A stretch of DNA of 64,000 nt from Terriglobia bacterium. Lineage in GTDB: Bacteria > Acidobacteriota > Terriglobia > Acidiferrales > UBA7541. Below are positions 61,196-64,000 of this stretch, piece by piece. Both the position numbers and the translations under genes were made by a program. Each line of letters begins with the position of its first letter. The first letter of the stretch is position 1. The stretch lies in NCBI GenBank assembly GCA_963695545.1, contig OY968796.1, forward strand, positions 1,472,001-1,536,000, given 5' to 3'. Below the pieces are notes generated by a model. It saw only the letters and a list, made by a program, of their open reading frames with translations, was not told where the DNA came from and did no database searches.

Positions 61196-61690
61196 ATGTC
61201 CGCGGCACAAATAATCTATCTTTCTTTGGGATCGAATCTTGGCGATCGCGCGGGCTTTATCGAGCGCGCCATTGACGCGCTGGGCGCGGCGGGGATTCGC
61301 GTGCTGCGGCGCTCGGCGATTTATGAGACCGAGCCGGTGGATTCGCCGGGATCGGGCGATTTCCTGAACATGGTAGTGGAAGCGGAAACGGCGCTCGCGC
61401 CCCAGGCTCTGCTTGCGGCGCTGCTGGGGATCGAGCGGTCGCTTGGGCGCGAGCGCACGGTGCCGCGCGGGCCGCGCACGATCGATATCGATATCTTGTT
61501 GTATGGCTCGAGCGTGGTGCGCGAGGCTGGCCTGGCGATTCCGCATCCGGGGATGGCGGCTCGGCGATTTGTGTTGGTGCCGCTGGCGGAGATTGCGGGC
61601 GGAGTGCGGCATCCGTTGCTCGATCGCACGATCGGCGAGCTGCTTGCGGAGTGTGCGGACGAGAGTCACGTGGCGGCGTGGCGCGCGTAA
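61196..61690 (+). CDS. folK: HPPK, dihydropteridine pyrophosphokinase
   Basis: YLSLGSNLGDR, YETEP, GPRTIDIDILLY, IPHP..R.FVLVPL. Confidence 0.95.
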   Translation: MSAAQIIYLSLGSNLGDRAGFIERAIDALGAAGIRVLRRSAIYETEPVDSPGSGDFLNMVVEAETALAPQALLAALLGIERSLGRERTVPRGPRTIDIDILLYGSSVVREAGLAIPHPGMAARRFVLVPLAEIAGGVRHPLLDRTIGELLAECADESHVAAWRA

Positions 61691-61768
61691 CGCGCAAGGC
61701 TGCGGGCGAGAGTTTTTTGCTTACCAAGTGGCGCGGCGTTTGTCAGAATTAGGGGAACGACTGCGTCC

Positions 61769-63118
61769 ATGACGACGACCAGGCACGGGGGATTGGACTG
61801 GAAGACGCTGGCGGGCTTGCCGGGCTTTCGCTGGCTGTTCGCGGGCATGTTCATCTCGCTGTTCGGCACGGGGATGAACTATGCCGGCGTGACTTGGTAC
61901 ATCCTGAGCCGCACACATTCCACAGTAAGCGTGAGTTGGATGGTGATCCTGGTGACGCTGCCGGGATTGTTTGTGCCGCCGTTCGGCGGAGTGCTGATCG
62001 ATCGCGTGGACCGGCGATATCTGGCGATCACGCTGGACGTGGCGCGGTCGGTGATCGTGCTGGGCGTGGCGGCGCTGGCGATTTCGGGAAGGCTCGAGCT
62101 TTCGGGCATCTACTTGATGGAACTGCTGCTGGGGATAGGCTTCGCGATTTATTGGTCGACGACGAATTCATTGCTGCAGGAGCTGATTCCGGCGGCGCAA
62201 CTGGTGGGCGCGAACTCGGCGATATTGATCGCGGTGCAGGGCGGGATGATCGCGTCGGGGGCGGTGGTGGGATTTGTTTACGAGCGCGCGGGATTGGGCG
62301 GAATCCTGGCGATCGACGGCTTCACTTATTTCACGGCGGCGATGTGTCTGGTGGCGGTGCGGAGCGGGCGGTTCTTGCCGCACCACATTTTTTCGCCGGC
62401 GGTGCCAACGGGCGCGACGCCGGTGGAATCGGTGTTGGAGGCGACGGGGCGCGAGACGTTGCCGGGGGCGGGGTCGATGTTTTCGCGGCGGAGATTCGCG
62501 CGCGAGATCGGCGAAGGGCTGCGATATCTCGGGGAGCAGCCGCGCGTGCTGGCGCTGGGGCTGACGTACGCGTGCATGATGGCGGGCGTGATCAGCGCGA
62601 ACGTGCTGGTGGTGGCGCTGGCGCGGGACGTTTTGTCGGCGGGGCCGCGCGGATACGGATACATCGAGGCGGGCTGGGCCGTCGGAGCTGTGGCTGGGGG
62701 CCTCGCGGCGGCGTGGTTGGCGCGGCGGCGTCCCGTGCGAGTGCTGGTTGGGGCGCTCGCGATATTGGCGATCGGGCACCCACTGTTTCCGTTCGTGCGC
62801 TGGCTCGCGCTGGCTGTGGCGATGAACGCGCTGTTCGGAGCGTGTCGCGCGCTCGGCGGAGTGTTGACGCAATCCTCGCTGATGGGGATTGTGCCGCAGC
62901 GCTTGATGGGGCGAACGCTTTCGGCGTTTTCTGTGATCGCCACGATGTTGCAAATGATCATGAGTTTCCTGCTGGGTTGGTTTGCCGAGCACAGGAGCCT
63001 TGCGGATGCGTTTGTGCTACTGGGATTGTTGTACGGCGTGGCGGTGATCGCGGCGCTGCGCACGGGCTCGGTGGAATCCGCGGTGCGTTCGGTTCCTGTG
63101 CCGCCGCCGGCGGACTGA
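61769..63118 (+). CDS. MFS transporter
   Basis: About 12 TMs, GVLIDRVDRR motif A, EGLRYL. Confidence 0.9.
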   Translation: MTTTRHGGLDWKTLAGLPGFRWLFAGMFISLFGTGMNYAGVTWYILSRTHSTVSVSWMVILVTLPGLFVPPFGGVLIDRVDRRYLAITLDVARSVIVLGVAALAISGRLELSGIYLMELLLGIGFAIYWSTTNSLLQELIPAAQLVGANSAILIAVQGGMIASGAVVGFVYERAGLGGILAIDGFTYFTAAMCLVAVRSGRFLPHHIFSPAVPTGATPVESVLEATGRETLPGAGSMFSRRRFAREIGEGLRYLGEQPRVLALGLTYACMMAGVISANVLVVALARDVLSAGPRGYGYIEAGWAVGAVAGGLAAAWLARRRPVRVLVGALAILAIGHPLFPFVRWLALAVAMNALFGACRALGGVLTQSSLMGIVPQRLMGRTLSAFSVIATMLQMIMSFLLGWFAEHRSLADAFVLLGLLYGVAVIAALRTGSVESAVRSVPVPPPAD

Positions 63119-63204
63119 TCGCAGCGCGCTACAAAATTTGCTCCCGCGCCCATTGGGAAGCGAGAATGGCGCCGTCGGACTAGGGCGTCTTCGCGGAGGG
63201 GTTC

Positions 63205-63669
63205 ATGCGCGATTTGTTTCCCGGGCTTCATTCGATGTTGAATCTCCATCCGGTGTTCGTGCATTTCCCGATTGCGTTGTGGGTTGGCGCGCTGGTGTTT
63301 GAAATTGTGGCCGTGGCGCGCGCGAGCGAGGATTGGCATCGCACCGCGGCGCGGACGCTTTATCTCGGAACGCTGGCGGCGGTGCTCGCGGTGCTGACGG
63401 GCTGGCGGGCGGAGATGTCGGTTCCTCCATTCGGCAGAGCGCGCGGCGTGATGAGCGTTCACGAGACGCTGATGTTGTTTGCGACGACGATCGCGGGCTG
63501 GCTTTGCATCGTGGCGCTGCTCAAGCCGCGAATTTCTGGCGCGGCGCAGAAATGGTTTCTGGCGGGTTTGGTGGTGCTCGTGATTCTGGTGGCGATCGGG
63601 GCGGACCGCGGCGCGGAGATGGTCTACCGGTATGCGACGTCGGTGAATTTGCCGGCAGCGGCGCCTTGA
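63205..63669 (+). CDS. DUF2231-like membrane protein
   Basis: LHPVFVHFPIAL, H in TM3, GA.RGAEMVY. Confidence 0.82.
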   Translation: MRDLFPGLHSMLNLHPVFVHFPIALWVGALVFEIVAVARASEDWHRTAARTLYLGTLAAVLAVLTGWRAEMSVPPFGRARGVMSVHETLMLFATTIAGWLCIVALLKPRISGAAQKWFLAGLVVLVILVAIGADRGAEMVYRYATSVNLPAAAP

Positions 63670-63733
63670 AAAATTCCTGCCGGAAAAAGAGCCGCGTCCT
63701 TGGACAACTCTGCCATCATTCGGCGGGAGCGAT

Positions 63734-64000
63734 ATGCTCGTCATTTTCTTCACGGCCCTGATCTCGCTGCAGTTTCTAGTGGTGGCGTTGCACGATTGGG
63801 TGAATATTCCCGGCTGGTCGCATGGACGCCAAGTTCAGGCGGCGCTGGGAAGAAACAAGATGCTGATCGGGACGGTCATCAACTGTCTTTTTCCCGGTCT
63901 GGCGGTTGGATTCGCTCTCTACTAGTTGGAACAGACCGAAGCCGGCATTCGTTTTGGACTACTGGGTGATCTATTGCGCGGTGACCGTGATCAGCGCAAT
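63734..64000 (+). pseudogene. Membrane protein gene with apparent 1-nt insertion, running off the window
   Basis: TAC TAG T TGG; removing one base continues WNRPKPAFVLDYWVIYCAVTVISA. Confidence 0.55.

Overview
High-GC bacterial chromosomal window; gene content and repeats suggest Acidobacteriota (inference). Most of it is housekeeping or metabolic: RRM protein, thiI, tRNA-Asn, an ArsR-SRPBCC-DinB operon, the imuA-imuB-dnaE2 SOS cassette with a LexA-like box, a LolD/FtsX/LolA-like ABC module, a GH3 glucosidase, pyc, bshA, a large PIG-L protein, citrate synthase, a PAS histidine kinase, a GGDEF protein, an orphan mglA, yvcK, a Glu dehydrogenase, a small microcompartment locus (aldolase, BMC-H, 3 BMC-P), PEP-CTERM plus exosortase, cdh, PAP2, ruvAB, folK and an MFS transporter. 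Three things stand out. (1) At 2.5-7.5 kb, RHS toxin C-terminal cassettes and partner genes are bracketed by REP-associated tyrosine transposase (RAYT) elements with ~165 bp inverted arms. Both inner arms cut the RHS core motif, and the two arm types are swapped between copies. (2) A dispersed AT-rich non-coding element occurs three times, each behind a same-format promoter and start codon and upstream of a co-oriented gene. (3) A small ORF resembles archaeal/eukaryotic ribosomal protein eL13. All calls come from reading motifs by eye; no searches were run. Several single-base frameshifts may be sequencing errors.
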